Shown here piece by piece: positions 28,183 through 38,181 of a stretch of 64,000 nt of DNA. The translations under genes and the position numbers were made by a program. Location: NCBI GenBank assembly GCA_044222185.1, contig JBGANV010000001.1:1760001-1824000 (forward strand), in the 5' to 3' direction. This DNA comes from Planctomycetota bacterium (GTDB taxonomy: Bacteria; Planctomycetota; GCA-002687715; CAIWVZ01). Numbering within the stretch: position 1 is the stretch's first letter; every line of letters starts with the position of its first letter. The notes under the pieces are model-generated. The model searched no databases, was not told where the DNA came from, and worked only from the letters and a program-made list of their open reading frames with translations.

Positions 28183-30181
28183 GTCGCAGACGTCGCCTGC
28201 GTCCTCGAAGCCGCGCGCGGTGCACGCGTCCTGGCGGTCGGTCGTCGCCGTGAGCGCAGTGGCTCACGGGCTCTGGTGGATCGTGGCCGTGTTCGGCGCG
28301 CGCCTCTGTCCCGAGCTCTTTGCACTCCGCCGCGACGCCACGAGTCTCTCGTTCACCGCCCGCTACGTGGTGGCACCGCTCTTCACGTCCCTCACGACGC
28401 TCGTGTGGATCGGGCCGGGCTTCCTCCTGGAACGAAGCCTCTGGCGTACGCGCGAGGCGACGCCACTCTTGGCCTTGCGCTCCGCCGGGTGCTCCGCGGC
28501 GATCTTCATGCTCCTCGCGAGCCTGACGAAGTGGATTCTTGGTGCGCCCGCGCCGGCCTTCGCCGAGATGGGCCTCATCACCGCCGTCACCGCCGCGATG
28601 CTGCTCCTTGCCCGCCGATCGACCGTGATGGCGGAGAGCGTGACGACGGCGGATCGCCGCGCGTTCCTGATCGCGGCAGCGCTCCAGGTCCTCGCCGCCG
28701 CGTGGCTCGCGCCAGCCGTCTTCGTACGGGAGCTGTCCAGCGACGGCATCGAGTCCCTCGAGATGGGGCTGTCCCTCGCCGAGTTCCACCTCCCGAGGAA
28801 TCCCTCGGAATCTGGCCTCGTCGGTGTGGGCGTCGGCATGATCGCACAGGCGTTCCCCGCCCACTTCTTCAGCTTGGTCCTCGGCCCGCTCGAGGCGGCG
28901 CCGAGGCTTCCGCTCCTCCTCTTCCTGCCGTTTCTTCACTTGGGCGTCGTGGGGTTGGCGGGGCGGGCGACGGCCGGGCGGCTGCCATCACTCGCGAATG
29001 CCGGAGTCGCTGCGGCACTCCTCTCGGTCGTCGCCGTGCTCGGGCTCAACGCGAGCTTCGATCCGTACTTCTCCGACCTCGCGTCTCCGGCCGCACTCGA
29101 CGCCATGACGCTGACGATGATCCTCGGGATCCTCGCCGCGAACGAGGAGAGGGATTGGCCCAGGCTCCTCTCGTTCGGCGCGCTGGCTCACTTCTGCCGG
29201 CCGTCGGGGATGTTGATCCTGCTGTTCCTCACGGCCGCGACGTTCCTCACGGCGCGCGGAGCGCGCATCCGCTCCTGTCTGCGGCTCGTTCTGGCCATCG
29301 CCGCATGCGCGATCCTGACGTGGCTGTACGAGCGCGTATACGTGCCGCGCGTCGGCGGCGGCCTGGGCCTCCCCGCGGGTTCCGTGCTCTCGCGTCTTCG
29401 CTACGTCTGCTTCACCGATTGGCGCCGACTCGCGTTCGTCGTCCTGCCCGCCGGCGTCGTCACCATCCCGGCCTTGTTCCTCCATCGCCGGATGGACGCG
29501 CCGACACGCGCGCTGGCCTGGGTTTCGCTGGCGTGGGTCGCGTTCTTCTACTTCCCAGGCAACTACGCGCCGCACCACTTCGCTCCGGCGATGGTCCTGC
29601 CCGTGATCGTCTACTGGCGGCTCGCGGCCGGCGCGGCCACGGCTGCGGTCCGAGCCCGTCTCGCCGCCATCGGAGTGATGGGCGCGCTCGCGGGGCTGTG
29701 GCTCTGCCTTCCCGCGCACGACTCGGTGCCACAGCCGTTCCGCGATGCCGGAGCCGCCGTGAGCGTGCCTGCGGGCGGGCCGCGGCTGGGGTCCGACCTC
29801 GCGCCGTTCGCCGTGCTGTCGTCCGTCGTGTCACCGCCGTGGTCGGGCGCCGACCCGCATGCGACGCTCGTCGGCTCGCCGCTGCAGGTCGCGCATTACG
29901 CACGGCTCCTTGGGCCACGACCCGACGACCCGTCGTGGACGTATCGGGTCCAGCGCAGCGACGCAGCCCGCGCGCCGGGGGCCGTCGTGCTCGAAGAACG
30001 GCCGCCGTGGGTGCTCCTCGCGCGGGATGCATCGGTCGTCCGTCCCGGAGCGGTCGGTCACCTCGCGACGGACTTCCAGCGACCGTGGCTCGTCGTTCCG
30101 CCAGAACGGCTCGTCCGCGGAATCCTGGAGAAGCGGCACGCCTACGACGTCGACATACGGGCCCTCGTTGGACGACGCTGA
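28166..30181 (+). CDS. large polytopic membrane protein, possible GT-C fold
   Basis: Many TM segments, acidic loop ELSSDGIE, soluble C-terminal region; ATG 28166 inferred. Confidence 0.6.
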   Translation: MPSPPESQTSPASSKPRAVHASWRSVVAVSAVAHGLWWIVAVFGARLCPELFALRRDATSLSFTARYVVAPLFTSLTTLVWIGPGFLLERSLWRTREATPLLALRSAGCSAAIFMLLASLTKWILGAPAPAFAEMGLITAVTAAMLLLARRSTVMAESVTTADRRAFLIAAALQVLAAAWLAPAVFVRELSSDGIESLEMGLSLAEFHLPRNPSESGLVGVGVGMIAQAFPAHFFSLVLGPLEAAPRLPLLLFLPFLHLGVVGLAGRATAGRLPSLANAGVAAALLSVVAVLGLNASFDPYFSDLASPAALDAMTLTMILGILAANEERDWPRLLSFGALAHFCRPSGMLILLFLTAATFLTARGARIRSCLRLVLAIAACAILTWLYERVYVPRVGGGLGLPAGSVLSRLRYVCFTDWRRLAFVVLPAGVVTIPALFLHRRMDAPTRALAWVSLAWVAFFYFPGNYAPHHFAPAMVLPVIVYWRLAAGAATAAVRARLAAIGVMGALAGLWLCLPAHDSVPQPFRDAGAAVSVPAGGPRLGSDLAPFAVLSSVVSPPWSGADPHATLVGSPLQVAHYARLLGPRPDDPSWTYRVQRSDAARAPGAVVLEERPPWVLLARDASVVRPGAVGHLATDFQRPWLVVPPERLVRGILEKRHAYDVDIRALVGRR

Positions 30182-30184
30182 ACC

Positions 30185-30676
30185 ATGACTCATCTGCGCG
30201 CTCCCCTGCTCTGGCCGGTTCTCGCTGGCGGCGTCGCTGCCGCTGCGGGGTCGGTCTGGGTCGCCTGCAGTTTCACGCACAAGGCGTATGCGCTGGGCTA
30301 CCACGTGCCTCTCGCGTTCCTCACGACGGCCGTCCTCGTCGATTGCATCGTCCAGGCGCGATCGACGCGCCAACTCGGGATCTTCTGGGCGGGCGCCCTC
30401 GCCGCCGGACTGATCACGGGACGGATGATCCACGACTGGCCCTGGTCGGGGCACGGAATCCTGGGGGCGCTTTACGCCGCATCACCGCTGCGGCCGGGAT
30501 GGCGGATCCTCGGGGCCGCGACGATCATTCAGTCGGCGATCACGAAGTCCGTCCGCGGAGAACGGCCGCTCGATGCCCTCTGGGGCGCATGCGTCGGCGT
30601 GGCGCTTCACCTCGTTGCGGTCGTCGTCGACCGTCGCCGCACGGCGATCATCCCGAAGACCGGCGCGAAGCCGTGA
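30185..30676 (+). CDS. small membrane protein
   Basis: 4-5 hydrophobic segments; WSGH motif is loosely PAP2-like; starts 3 nt after upstream stop. Confidence 0.65.
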   Translation: MTHLRAPLLWPVLAGGVAAAAGSVWVACSFTHKAYALGYHVPLAFLTTAVLVDCIVQARSTRQLGIFWAGALAAGLITGRMIHDWPWSGHGILGALYAASPLRPGWRILGAATIIQSAITKSVRGERPLDALWGACVGVALHLVAVVVDRRRTAIIPKTGAKP

Positions 30677-31673
30677 GCGCGAACTGGACGCGCACGATCA
30701 CGAACGTCGCCGCGGAGTAGAAGTAATAGAGCCAATGCACGGGGATCGCTCGGAGCATGAACCACAGCCCCCGGCGCTTCAGGAAGAACGTGTAAAGGTC
30801 GGCATTCAACGCCAGGAGAAGGACCACGAGAGTCGCCAGCACGAGTCCCCCGGAACCGGCGGGCCACGCCCACCCGAGGGCGCACGTGATCGCCAGGCAG
30901 GCCGTGGCCGCGACGAGGAGCCCGACCAGTCCCGCCGAGATGCGGTGGTGCGGTCGCAGGTTCAAGTCCGGAGGAACGGACCCGCGCTCGAGCATCAGGC
31001 GCGTCCACGGTACGGCGCGCTTGAACACGTCGACGCGAATCATCTCCACGAGCGTCCAGGCCTTCAGGTGGCAGACCTGCAGCGATGGGTCGAGCTCGAT
31101 GACCATGTCGCGATCCGTCATGCGGTATCCAAGATCGATGTCCTCGACCGACGGCACGTCGAACCGCCGGGTATCGAACCCGCCGACCGACAGGAACGAC
31201 GACTTGCGAACCGCGCCGCAGCCCGCCCAGAACGTCATGGCCCGGCGGCGTGCGCCTTGGTGAATGAAGTGGTGGACGAGGTTCTTGTACTGCGCCGTGA
31301 ACGTTCGCGCGTGGGGCTCCTCGTCGTACGAGCCGAAGAGCGCGTCGGGTGCGTCGGGCTGCGCGAATCGGGCCGCCACGCGGCCGATCGTGTCGCGATG
31401 GATCACGACGTCGCTGTCGATGAACAAGACGACGTCGTTGCGCGCCGTTGCCACGCCGTCGTTGCGGCCGGCGCCGGGACCGCCGCGCACGGTGCGGCGC
31501 AGGAACTCGAAGCCGTATTCCGCGACGATCGGTTCGAGGGAACGCGGCGACTCGTCATCGACGACGATGATCTGGTCCGCTCCGGGCTCGGCATCCCGTA
31601 GCGCGTCGAGCGACAACCGGAGCTGCCCCTCGTTTCCGCGTGCGGGTACGACGACCGTCACCGGAACCTTCAT
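30648..31673 (-). CDS. GT2 glycosyltransferase with C-terminal TM helices
   Basis: VVVPAR, VVDDES, GPGAGRN, FIDSD, GGFD, EDIDLGYR. Confidence 0.92.
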   Translation of the reverse strand: MKVPVTVVVPARGNEGQLRLSLDALRDAEPGADQIIVVDDESPRSLEPIVAEYGFEFLRRTVRGGPGAGRNDGVATARNDVVLFIDSDVVIHRDTIGRVAARFAQPDAPDALFGSYDEEPHARTFTAQYKNLVHHFIHQGARRRAMTFWAGCGAVRKSSFLSVGGFDTRRFDVPSVEDIDLGYRMTDRDMVIELDPSLQVCHLKAWTLVEMIRVDVFKRAVPWTRLMLERGSVPPDLNLRPHHRISAGLVGLLVAATACLAITCALGWAWPAGSGGLVLATLVVLLLALNADLYTFFLKRRGLWFMLRAIPVHWLYYFYSAATFVIVRVQFALTASRRSSG

Positions 31674-32440
31674 GAGGATGCTCCGTTGGCAAGTGCGGAG
31701 CGGACGGCCCGCCCCGCACGCCGCACGGCGAGCCAGGCGCGCACCCACGAAGCATCCAGATCACCGCGATCTGCGAGGAAACCCAGGTAGAAGGCATCCA
31801 GTCGCGGAAGGCGCGCCGGTTCCATCCCGGGCCGAACCTCGGCCAATTCCGTCGTGAAGCAGCCCTCGTAGACGCGGATCGCCTCGTTGGCGACGCGGAC
31901 GTCCAACGCGCCGAACGGGTATGCAAACAGCGGCACCGGCGCGCCGATCTCCGCTTCGATTCGTTCGCGGGATCCGCGCAGCTCGGCGACGAGTTCGTCG
32001 TCGGCGCAGTGCCGCAGGTCGACGTGGTGGCAGGCATGGGATCCGATCTCGATCCCTCGACTTCGGAGCTGGCGGATCTCGTCCCAGGTCAGCGCCGCCT
32101 GGCGCGGGCACGCGGCGTCGCGCGGGAAGATCACCGGTCGCCCGACGAGATCCGTCGACACGAAGAGGATGGCGCCGAACCCGAGTTCGAAGAGGATCGG
32201 AGTCGCGTCCCGCAGCACGGACGCATACCCGTCGTCGAACGTGATCACGAACGACCGTTCCGGGATCGGTGTCTCCCCGCGAATGCAGCTCAGAAACGCG
32301 GCCACACTCAGCGTCGACCATCCGCGTGAAGCGAGGCGCCGCATGAGTCGTGCGAAGCGCTGAGCCGGGAACGCGACCGGTGACCGGTCGTCGGCCAACG
32401 CATGGAAGGTGAGGACGGGAACTCTCGGCTTCAGCGACAT
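31670..32440 (-). CDS. polysaccharide deacetylase (CE4)
   Basis: VLTFH, ITFDDGY, IGSHACHH, FAYPFG. Confidence 0.92.
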   Translation of the reverse strand: MSLKPRVPVLTFHALADDRSPVAFPAQRFARLMRRLASRGWSTLSVAAFLSCIRGETPIPERSFVITFDDGYASVLRDATPILFELGFGAILFVSTDLVGRPVIFPRDAACPRQAALTWDEIRQLRSRGIEIGSHACHHVDLRHCADDELVAELRGSRERIEAEIGAPVPLFAYPFGALDVRVANEAIRVYEGCFTTELAEVRPGMEPARLPRLDAFYLGFLADRGDLDASWVRAWLAVRRAGRAVRSALANGASS

Positions 32441-32678
32441 GCCCCAGGCCCGAGAATCGGGCGCCAGACTATAGACGTCGGCGAATCGGTCACGACGCCT
32501 TGACGCAGGTTTGCGCCAGCTGCGGCCCCACGGACGGGGACGCCGTCGCAACACCGCCCCGGGGCTCGATCGTCCCGGTCCGTGACGTCCATTCCTCGTG
32601 AACCACCTCGAACTGGAGCCCGCGAGATTCGTAGACTGCCGTCCCCATCAGCGCAGCTCTCCAAACAGGAGTTCCAAC

Positions 32679-33470
32679 ATGAGGTGGTCGAAGACACCCT
32701 TCTCGAACGGGATTCGGTGGTCGGTCGCGAGCGTGATTCTCTGCGGGGCGCTCGTCGCCCAGACCCCGGTCTTGTCGCGCGTACTCCCGGAGGCCGCCTC
32801 GCCGGGAGATCTCGTCATCCTCGTGGGAACCAATCTCGCGAACACGAACGACGTCACCTTCGTGGCGGCCGTCGGCGGGTTCGCCGGGGTTCACACCATC
32901 CACCAACCGGTCGTTTCCGTCAGCGCGACGCAGGTCCGCGTGCTCATGCCGACCGTCGGCAACTTCCTCCCGCCGAACGTCCAGGGGAGCAGCCCGATCG
33001 GGTCGATCGCCGTGCGAACCGTGGGCGGTGTGACGAGCGCGCCACTCACCTTCTATTTCATGGAGCAGACGGCGGGGCGCGTACACACGGCCGGAATCGG
33101 AACGACACAGGCGAACCCGGGCCAGGGGCGCCCGGTGATCTCGTTCCCGCCCACGTCCGCTCCCATCGCCGGAAACACGGCGTCCATCATCCGCGTCGCC
33201 AACGGCACCGTGGGGCTCCAGGCGGACCTCGTGATCGGGACGCCGATCGCGACGCCCTTCATCGCGGTCGGTGACGGGCTCGTGGCCATCGACGTGCTCG
33301 GCGCGCCATTCTTCGCCGTGACGGCACCCGTTCCCGTGGATGCGCTCGGGGACGCAAGCCTCACGTTCAACATCCCACCCAGCGCCTCGGGGCTGACCGT
33401 CGCCTTGCAGTGGGCGACCTCGACGACGGGGTTCCTGTTCATCTCCAACGGGCTCGTCGTCACTCTCTGA
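32679..33470 (+). CDS. secreted IPT/TIG-domain protein + shared C-terminal domain
   Basis: AGGAG RBS; signal peptide ending LVA-Q; PVLSRVLPEAASPGDLVILVGTNL and SVSATQVRVLMP (IPT-like). Confidence 0.85.
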   Translation: MRWSKTPFSNGIRWSVASVILCGALVAQTPVLSRVLPEAASPGDLVILVGTNLANTNDVTFVAAVGGFAGVHTIHQPVVSVSATQVRVLMPTVGNFLPPNVQGSSPIGSIAVRTVGGVTSAPLTFYFMEQTAGRVHTAGIGTTQANPGQGRPVISFPPTSAPIAGNTASIIRVANGTVGLQADLVIGTPIATPFIAVGDGLVAIDVLGAPFFAVTAPVPVDALGDASLTFNIPPSASGLTVALQWATSTTGFLFISNGLVVTL

Positions 33471-33497
33471 GGAGCGCCACGCCCGGCCTCGTTCCCC

Positions 33498-33887
33498 ATG
33501 ACCTCGGGTGAAGCACACAGGCTCAGTGCCCGCGAACGCCAGATGATGGACGTCGTCTGGCAGCGCGGTGAGGCCACGGCGCAGGAGATCCGCGACGCGA
33601 TCCCCGAGCCACCGAGCTACTCCGCAGTCCGCGCCACGCTGGCGATCCTCGAGCGCAAGGGACACCTGCGTCACCGGATCGATGGCGCGCGCTACATCTA
33701 CATTCCCGTCGAGTCGACGACGTCGGCCGGGCGCCAGGCCTTGATGCGCGTCGTCGACACTTTCTTCGAGGGTTCGCCCGAGCGGGCCGTCGCCGCGTTG
33801 CTGAAAAAGCAGTCTGGCGCACTGGACGCGCGGGACGTCGCGCGGTTGAAGAAGCTCATCGACCAGTCGCGCCGCAAGGGACGATGA
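33498..33887 (+). CDS. BlaI/MecI/CopY family repressor
   Basis: LSARERQMMDVVW, SYSAVRATLAILERKG, VDTFFEGS. Confidence 0.95.
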   Translation: MTSGEAHRLSARERQMMDVVWQRGEATAQEIRDAIPEPPSYSAVRATLAILERKGHLRHRIDGARYIYIPVESTTSAGRQALMRVVDTFFEGSPERAVAALLKKQSGALDARDVARLKKLIDQSRRKGR

Positions 33888-35140
33888 ACGTGGCGGCGGC
33901 CTGCGTCTTCCTGTTGGACTGGATCGCACGCTCCGCGGTCGTGGCGATTGCAGCGCTCGCTCTCAGGGCCGCCGCTCCGACACGCTCGGCGGCCTTGCGG
34001 CACGCGATCCTGCGCTGCGCCCTCATCCTCGTCGTCGCCCTCCCCTTCGTGCCGGTGCCGCCGACGGTCGTCGAGCTCGCGATCGACCCGGGGCCTTTCG
34101 CCGAAGACGGCCCACGCAATCCGACCCCGGACCGTGGCCTCGCGTCGTCGCTCGCGCTCGTCGTCTGGGCCGTCGGTGCGACGCTGTCGGTGATTCGCCT
34201 GGCGATGAGCGCGCGGCCGCCGCGCGCCGATCGATCCCAGGCCGTCGCACCGGCCGTCATCGGCGCATTCAAACTCGCGTGTTTCGACGCGGGGATCCGG
34301 CGGCACGTCACGCTGTCCATCTCGAACGAGACACGGACGCCGAGCACGCATGGGTGGCTCCGCCCCTGCGTCGTCGTCCCGCGGAGCGCGACGCACTGGC
34401 CAGGGCCGACGCTCGCAGCCGCCCTGCGACACGAAGCGGCGCACGTCAGGCGAGCCGATTGGCTCGTCTTCGTCCTGGCACGCCTCGTCGCATGCCTCCA
34501 TTGGCCAAACCCGATCATGGGCCGACTGGCGAGAGACCTCGAGCGTGACGCGGAGGATGCCTGCGACGACGACGCCCTGTCCCAGGGTGCGGTCCCGAGC
34601 GAACTCGCCTCGGCGCTCCTCGCGACCGGGACGCGCCAGAACGTCTCGATGGCAGGATTGGGATCCAGCCTCGTCGCCCGCCGCATCGAGCGCGTGCTGG
34701 CCGACGTCCCCCGTGCCGGCGACGTGTCTCGCTTCGTGATGCTGCCGATCGTGCTGGCCCTGGCCAGCGTCGCCGTCAGCGTCCGGATCTCCGCTCCGGT
34801 CGAGCGCTCCGCCCTGGCCGAGGCCACGTCCGCAACGCCGGCGGCAGCCCTGTCCATCGCCCCGGCCGCACCGCCGGCCGCACCGTCGCCGCCGGCGCCA
34901 CGAGCCGCCGAAGCGCCGGCGCCCCTGCCGAGTCGCGACACGTCCATCGTCGGCCCGGAGCAGCAACCCGCACCGCATTCGCAGGACGTCTCCGCGCCCC
35001 CCGCCCGGCGACCCGAGGTGCGACCGGCTTTGCCGTCGGGCCCCCGATCGTGGTCGGGAATGCTCTTCCCGGGCGTCTCCCTGCGCGTGATCTCCGTCCA
35101 GGTCCGGATTCCCGTCGGTTCGCCCCGACGCGAGCGCTGA
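33884..35140 (+). CDS. M56 (BlaR1-like) membrane metallopeptidase with Pro/Ala-rich tail
   Basis: LRHEAAHVRRAD, LHWPNP, EDACDD; ATGA overlap with blaI-like gene. Confidence 0.88.
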   Translation: MNVAAACVFLLDWIARSAVVAIAALALRAAAPTRSAALRHAILRCALILVVALPFVPVPPTVVELAIDPGPFAEDGPRNPTPDRGLASSLALVVWAVGATLSVIRLAMSARPPRADRSQAVAPAVIGAFKLACFDAGIRRHVTLSISNETRTPSTHGWLRPCVVVPRSATHWPGPTLAAALRHEAAHVRRADWLVFVLARLVACLHWPNPIMGRLARDLERDAEDACDDDALSQGAVPSELASALLATGTRQNVSMAGLGSSLVARRIERVLADVPRAGDVSRFVMLPIVLALASVAVSVRISAPVERSALAEATSATPAAALSIAPAAPPAAPSPPAPRAAEAPAPLPSRDTSIVGPEQQPAPHSQDVSAPPARRPEVRPALPSGPRSWSGMLFPGVSLRVISVQVRIPVGSPRRER

Positions 35141-35177
35141 TCCTCCCCGTCGTGACGAATCGGACATCGGGCCTCAG

Positions 35178-35238
35178 TGCTAGAAATTTGGCAATGAACC
35201 GCGCGAACCCACGGGCGTCTATGCTAAGGAATTAGCAT
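35178..35238. promoter_or_regulatory. two TGCTA-N6-TAGCA palindromes (candidate operator pair)
   Basis: TGCTAgaaattTGGCA at 35178-35193 and ATGCTAA-ggaa-TTAGCAT at 35221-35238, an AT-rich patch in GC-rich DNA. Confidence 0.7.
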
Positions 35239-35283
35239 GACGCCGCGACCCAGGGAGCGGGGCACGGCGACGGAGGTCCCGCA

Positions 35284-36912
35284 ATGACTCGCCCGATGAT
35301 GATCACGGTTCTCGCCTTCGCCCTGGCGGCTCGTGCCCGCGCGGACGGCGTCTCCGCAGGCCCGATCCAGACGCTCGTCGCTCAGGTGGCCGCGGCCACC
35401 GGAATCGAACCGCGCGTCGCCTCGACGCGCGACGGCGCCACGCTCGTCGCTTGGATCGAAACCGTGAACGGGTCGTCGCAAATCCGCTACCGCGCATTCG
35501 ATCGGAGCGGTGTGGCAGTCGGCGTGCCGCACACGATCAACGGCAGCGGGCTGCTCTCGCTCGATGCCGCCGGAGGTGGGTCGCGATTCATGGTCAGTTG
35601 GGAGGATTCGCCGGGTGCGGGTGCATCCCACCACGACCTGCGGTTCCGGATCCTCGATTGGTCCGGCGCGACGATCGCATCTGGGAACGGTGAGCCCGCG
35701 TCGCTCGCTCCGATCTGGACGTCGAGCGACTCGGCCTGCACCGCGACACCCTACGACGGCTTCGCATTGACCTGGATCCGCCGCGATGCCAACGGGATCG
35801 CGCAGCAAGTCGTCGTGCGGCGCTTCGACGCGTTCGGTGGTTCGCCAGACCCGGTTCCGCTGACGGTCGAGACGGCGAACCAGGGCTTCGGCGCCGAGCG
35901 GACGACTGCCTGCGCGCTGTGGCCCGACGGTCACATGCTGGTCGCCTGGGTCGACGGGCCCCAGGGTGCGGGCCCGAGCGTACCGTCGCCCGACGGCTAC
36001 GGCGCCGCCGTCGTCGGGGTCTACTTCGCCACGGGACCCACTGTGATCTCGGGGATGCTGCTCATCGCCGGCGAAACGGCGGGTGACCAGACGTCCCCGC
36101 GGCTGGCCGCGAGCTATCGAGAAATCGCCGTACTGGGATTCACGAGCACGGCGACGGGCGTCTCGGAAGCGAGCGTCGCCCGCCTGACGAGTACTGGCCA
36201 GATCTACGATCCGTCGGGCCTCACACTGACTGCGACCCGTGCAGGCCCACAGGTCCTCACCGACGTGGCCGTCGCGGCGAGCGGCGAGTCCGCCATCGCG
36301 TTCGTCGACGCCGCGCCCACGGCCTCCGCGGCGCCGCGGGCGGGATTCGTTCGCTTGCGCTCCCCGATCGGCTACGCGGGGCCGGCGATCATCGAAACGG
36401 GACTCCTCGACGCATCGCCCGCTCCTCAGGGGCGAGCGTCCGTGGCGCTCGACTCGTTCGGAGGCGTGAAAGCGGCGTGGACCTCGAGCCCCGGCGCCGC
36501 GGACGAGCTACGGTTTCGCACGCTCGATCGCTCCCAGGTCGTGTTTCTCGCGACCCCGACGCGGGGAGCCGTGGTGCCCATCCTCCTCGACAGCCCTTCG
36601 GACCCTGCGTTCACCTACTTCCTGATCGCCTCCACGAACCTCGGCCCGACGGCGGTCGACGACCGCATCATTCGCCTGGGATACGACCCGCTCGCGCAAT
36701 GGATCCTCTCCGGGCCGCAGCCGAACTTCCCGGGGTTCGCGGGCACGCTCGACTCGACGGGCCGGTCGGCGGCCCCGGCGCTCGTCATCCCGAACCTCAC
36801 CTGGCTCGCCGGACAAACTCTTCATTTCGCGTTCGTCACGGTCGATCCTTTTGGATTGGCGCCCAGCGGTCTGAACACGATCTCGGAGTCCACGACGGTC
36901 GTCATCCAGTGA
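35284..36912 (+). CDS. secreted beta-repeat protein + shared C-terminal domain
   Basis: GGAGG RBS; signal peptide ending ARA-D; recurring (V/L)xW...(R/V)xFD units. Confidence 0.85.
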   Translation: MTRPMMITVLAFALAARARADGVSAGPIQTLVAQVAAATGIEPRVASTRDGATLVAWIETVNGSSQIRYRAFDRSGVAVGVPHTINGSGLLSLDAAGGGSRFMVSWEDSPGAGASHHDLRFRILDWSGATIASGNGEPASLAPIWTSSDSACTATPYDGFALTWIRRDANGIAQQVVVRRFDAFGGSPDPVPLTVETANQGFGAERTTACALWPDGHMLVAWVDGPQGAGPSVPSPDGYGAAVVGVYFATGPTVISGMLLIAGETAGDQTSPRLAASYREIAVLGFTSTATGVSEASVARLTSTGQIYDPSGLTLTATRAGPQVLTDVAVAASGESAIAFVDAAPTASAAPRAGFVRLRSPIGYAGPAIIETGLLDASPAPQGRASVALDSFGGVKAAWTSSPGAADELRFRTLDRSQVVFLATPTRGAVVPILLDSPSDPAFTYFLIASTNLGPTAVDDRIIRLGYDPLAQWILSGPQPNFPGFAGTLDSTGRSAAPALVIPNLTWLAGQTLHFAFVTVDPFGLAPSGLNTISESTTVVIQ

Positions 36913-36942
36913 GTCGGACGCGGGCGCGGATAGACTCCGCCG

Positions 36943-38181
36943 ATGCGTCCGCTCCGGTTTTGCATGATCACGACCTTCTACCCGCCACAGAACTTCGGCG
37001 GGGACGGGATCTTCATCCACCGGCTGAACAACGAGCTCGCGAAGGCGGGCCATCGCGTCGACGTCGTCCACTGCACGGACTCCTACCACATGCTCGGGGG
37101 CACCAACGACCGCCCGGTCGAGCATCACCCCAACGTGACGACGTTCCCGTTGGCGAGCCCGGCGGGAAGGCTCTCGCCTCTCCTGACGCAACAGACCGGC
37201 GCCCCATGGCTCAAGCGCCGCCGCATTTCCGAGGTGCTCGCGCGGGGCCACGACGTCGTCCACTTCCACAACGTCTCGCTCGTGGGTGGCCCCAAGGTCC
37301 TCCGCATGGGTTCGGGGATCAAGCTCTACACGACGCACGAGCACTGGCTCGTGTGTCCGACTCACGTCCTGTTCCGATACAACCGCGAGCCGTGTTTCGA
37401 GAAGGACTGCCTGCGATGCATCCTCGCACACAAGCGACCGCCGCAGCTGTGGCGCTACACGGGACTGATTCCCCGCATGCTGAAGCACGTCGACGGCTTC
37501 ATCTCCCCGAGCGCGTTCACGATGCGCCGTCACGCGGAACTGAACCTGGACATGCAGGTCATCCCCTACTTTCTCCCCGAACTCGAACCCGCGGATGACG
37601 CGGCAACGGCGAAGGGACGCACGATCGTGGCCGAGCAGAAGGCCCGGCAGTTCTTCCTGTTCGTAGGCCGTCTCGAGAAGCTCAAGGGCCTGCAAGAGAT
37701 CCTCCCCGTGTTCCGCAAGCGGACCGACCTGCGCCTCCTCGTCGCTGGCGAGGGCGCGTTCGGGGACGAGCTCCGCGCGCAGGCCGCGGGCCTCGACAAC
37801 GTGGTCTTCCTCGGCTCACTGGATCGCCGCAACCTCCAGGTGCTCTACGAACACGCTCTCGCCGTGCTCGTTCCATCGATCTGCTTCGAGGTGCTCGGCC
37901 AGATCATCATCGAGGGATTCGCCGTGAAGACGCCCTCGATCGTCTGCCCGCTCGGCGCCCCGCCGGACATCATCCGCGAGAGCAACGGCGGGTTCGTCTA
38001 CGAAGACCTCGAGGAATTCGAACGAGCGCTGGACGCCATCGCGCGGGACCCGGCCCTGAGGGCGCGGCTCGGCGAGAACGGCTTCAGGTACTTCCAGGAG
38101 CACTTCACGAGAGATGCTCACTTCAAGAAGTACTTCGGCCTCATCGATTCGATCGCGAAGCGCAAGGGGATCACGCTGTGA
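36943..38181 (+). CDS. glycosyltransferase family 4
   Basis: TFYPPQNFGG, VHFHN, HEHWLVCP, VGRLEKLKG, PSICFEVLGQIIIEGF. Confidence 0.92.
   Translation: MRPLRFCMITTFYPPQNFGGDGIFIHRLNNELAKAGHRVDVVHCTDSYHMLGGTNDRPVEHHPNVTTFPLASPAGRLSPLLTQQTGAPWLKRRRISEVLARGHDVVHFHNVSLVGGPKVLRMGSGIKLYTTHEHWLVCPTHVLFRYNREPCFEKDCLRCILAHKRPPQLWRYTGLIPRMLKHVDGFISPSAFTMRRHAELNLDMQVIPYFLPELEPADDAATAKGRTIVAEQKARQFFLFVGRLEKLKGLQEILPVFRKRTDLRLLVAGEGAFGDELRAQAAGLDNVVFLGSLDRRNLQVLYEHALAVLVPSICFEVLGQIIIEGFAVKTPSIVCPLGAPPDIIRESNGGFVYEDLEEFERALDAIARDPALRARLGENGFRYFQEHFTRDAHFKKYFGLIDSIAKRKGITL

Noticed and set aside
28276-30720. 814-aa alternative-frame ORF, and similar long ORFs such as 55381..57573 and 52891..54684
   Set aside because: Frame-shifted or antisense shadows of real genes, typical of high-GC DNA.
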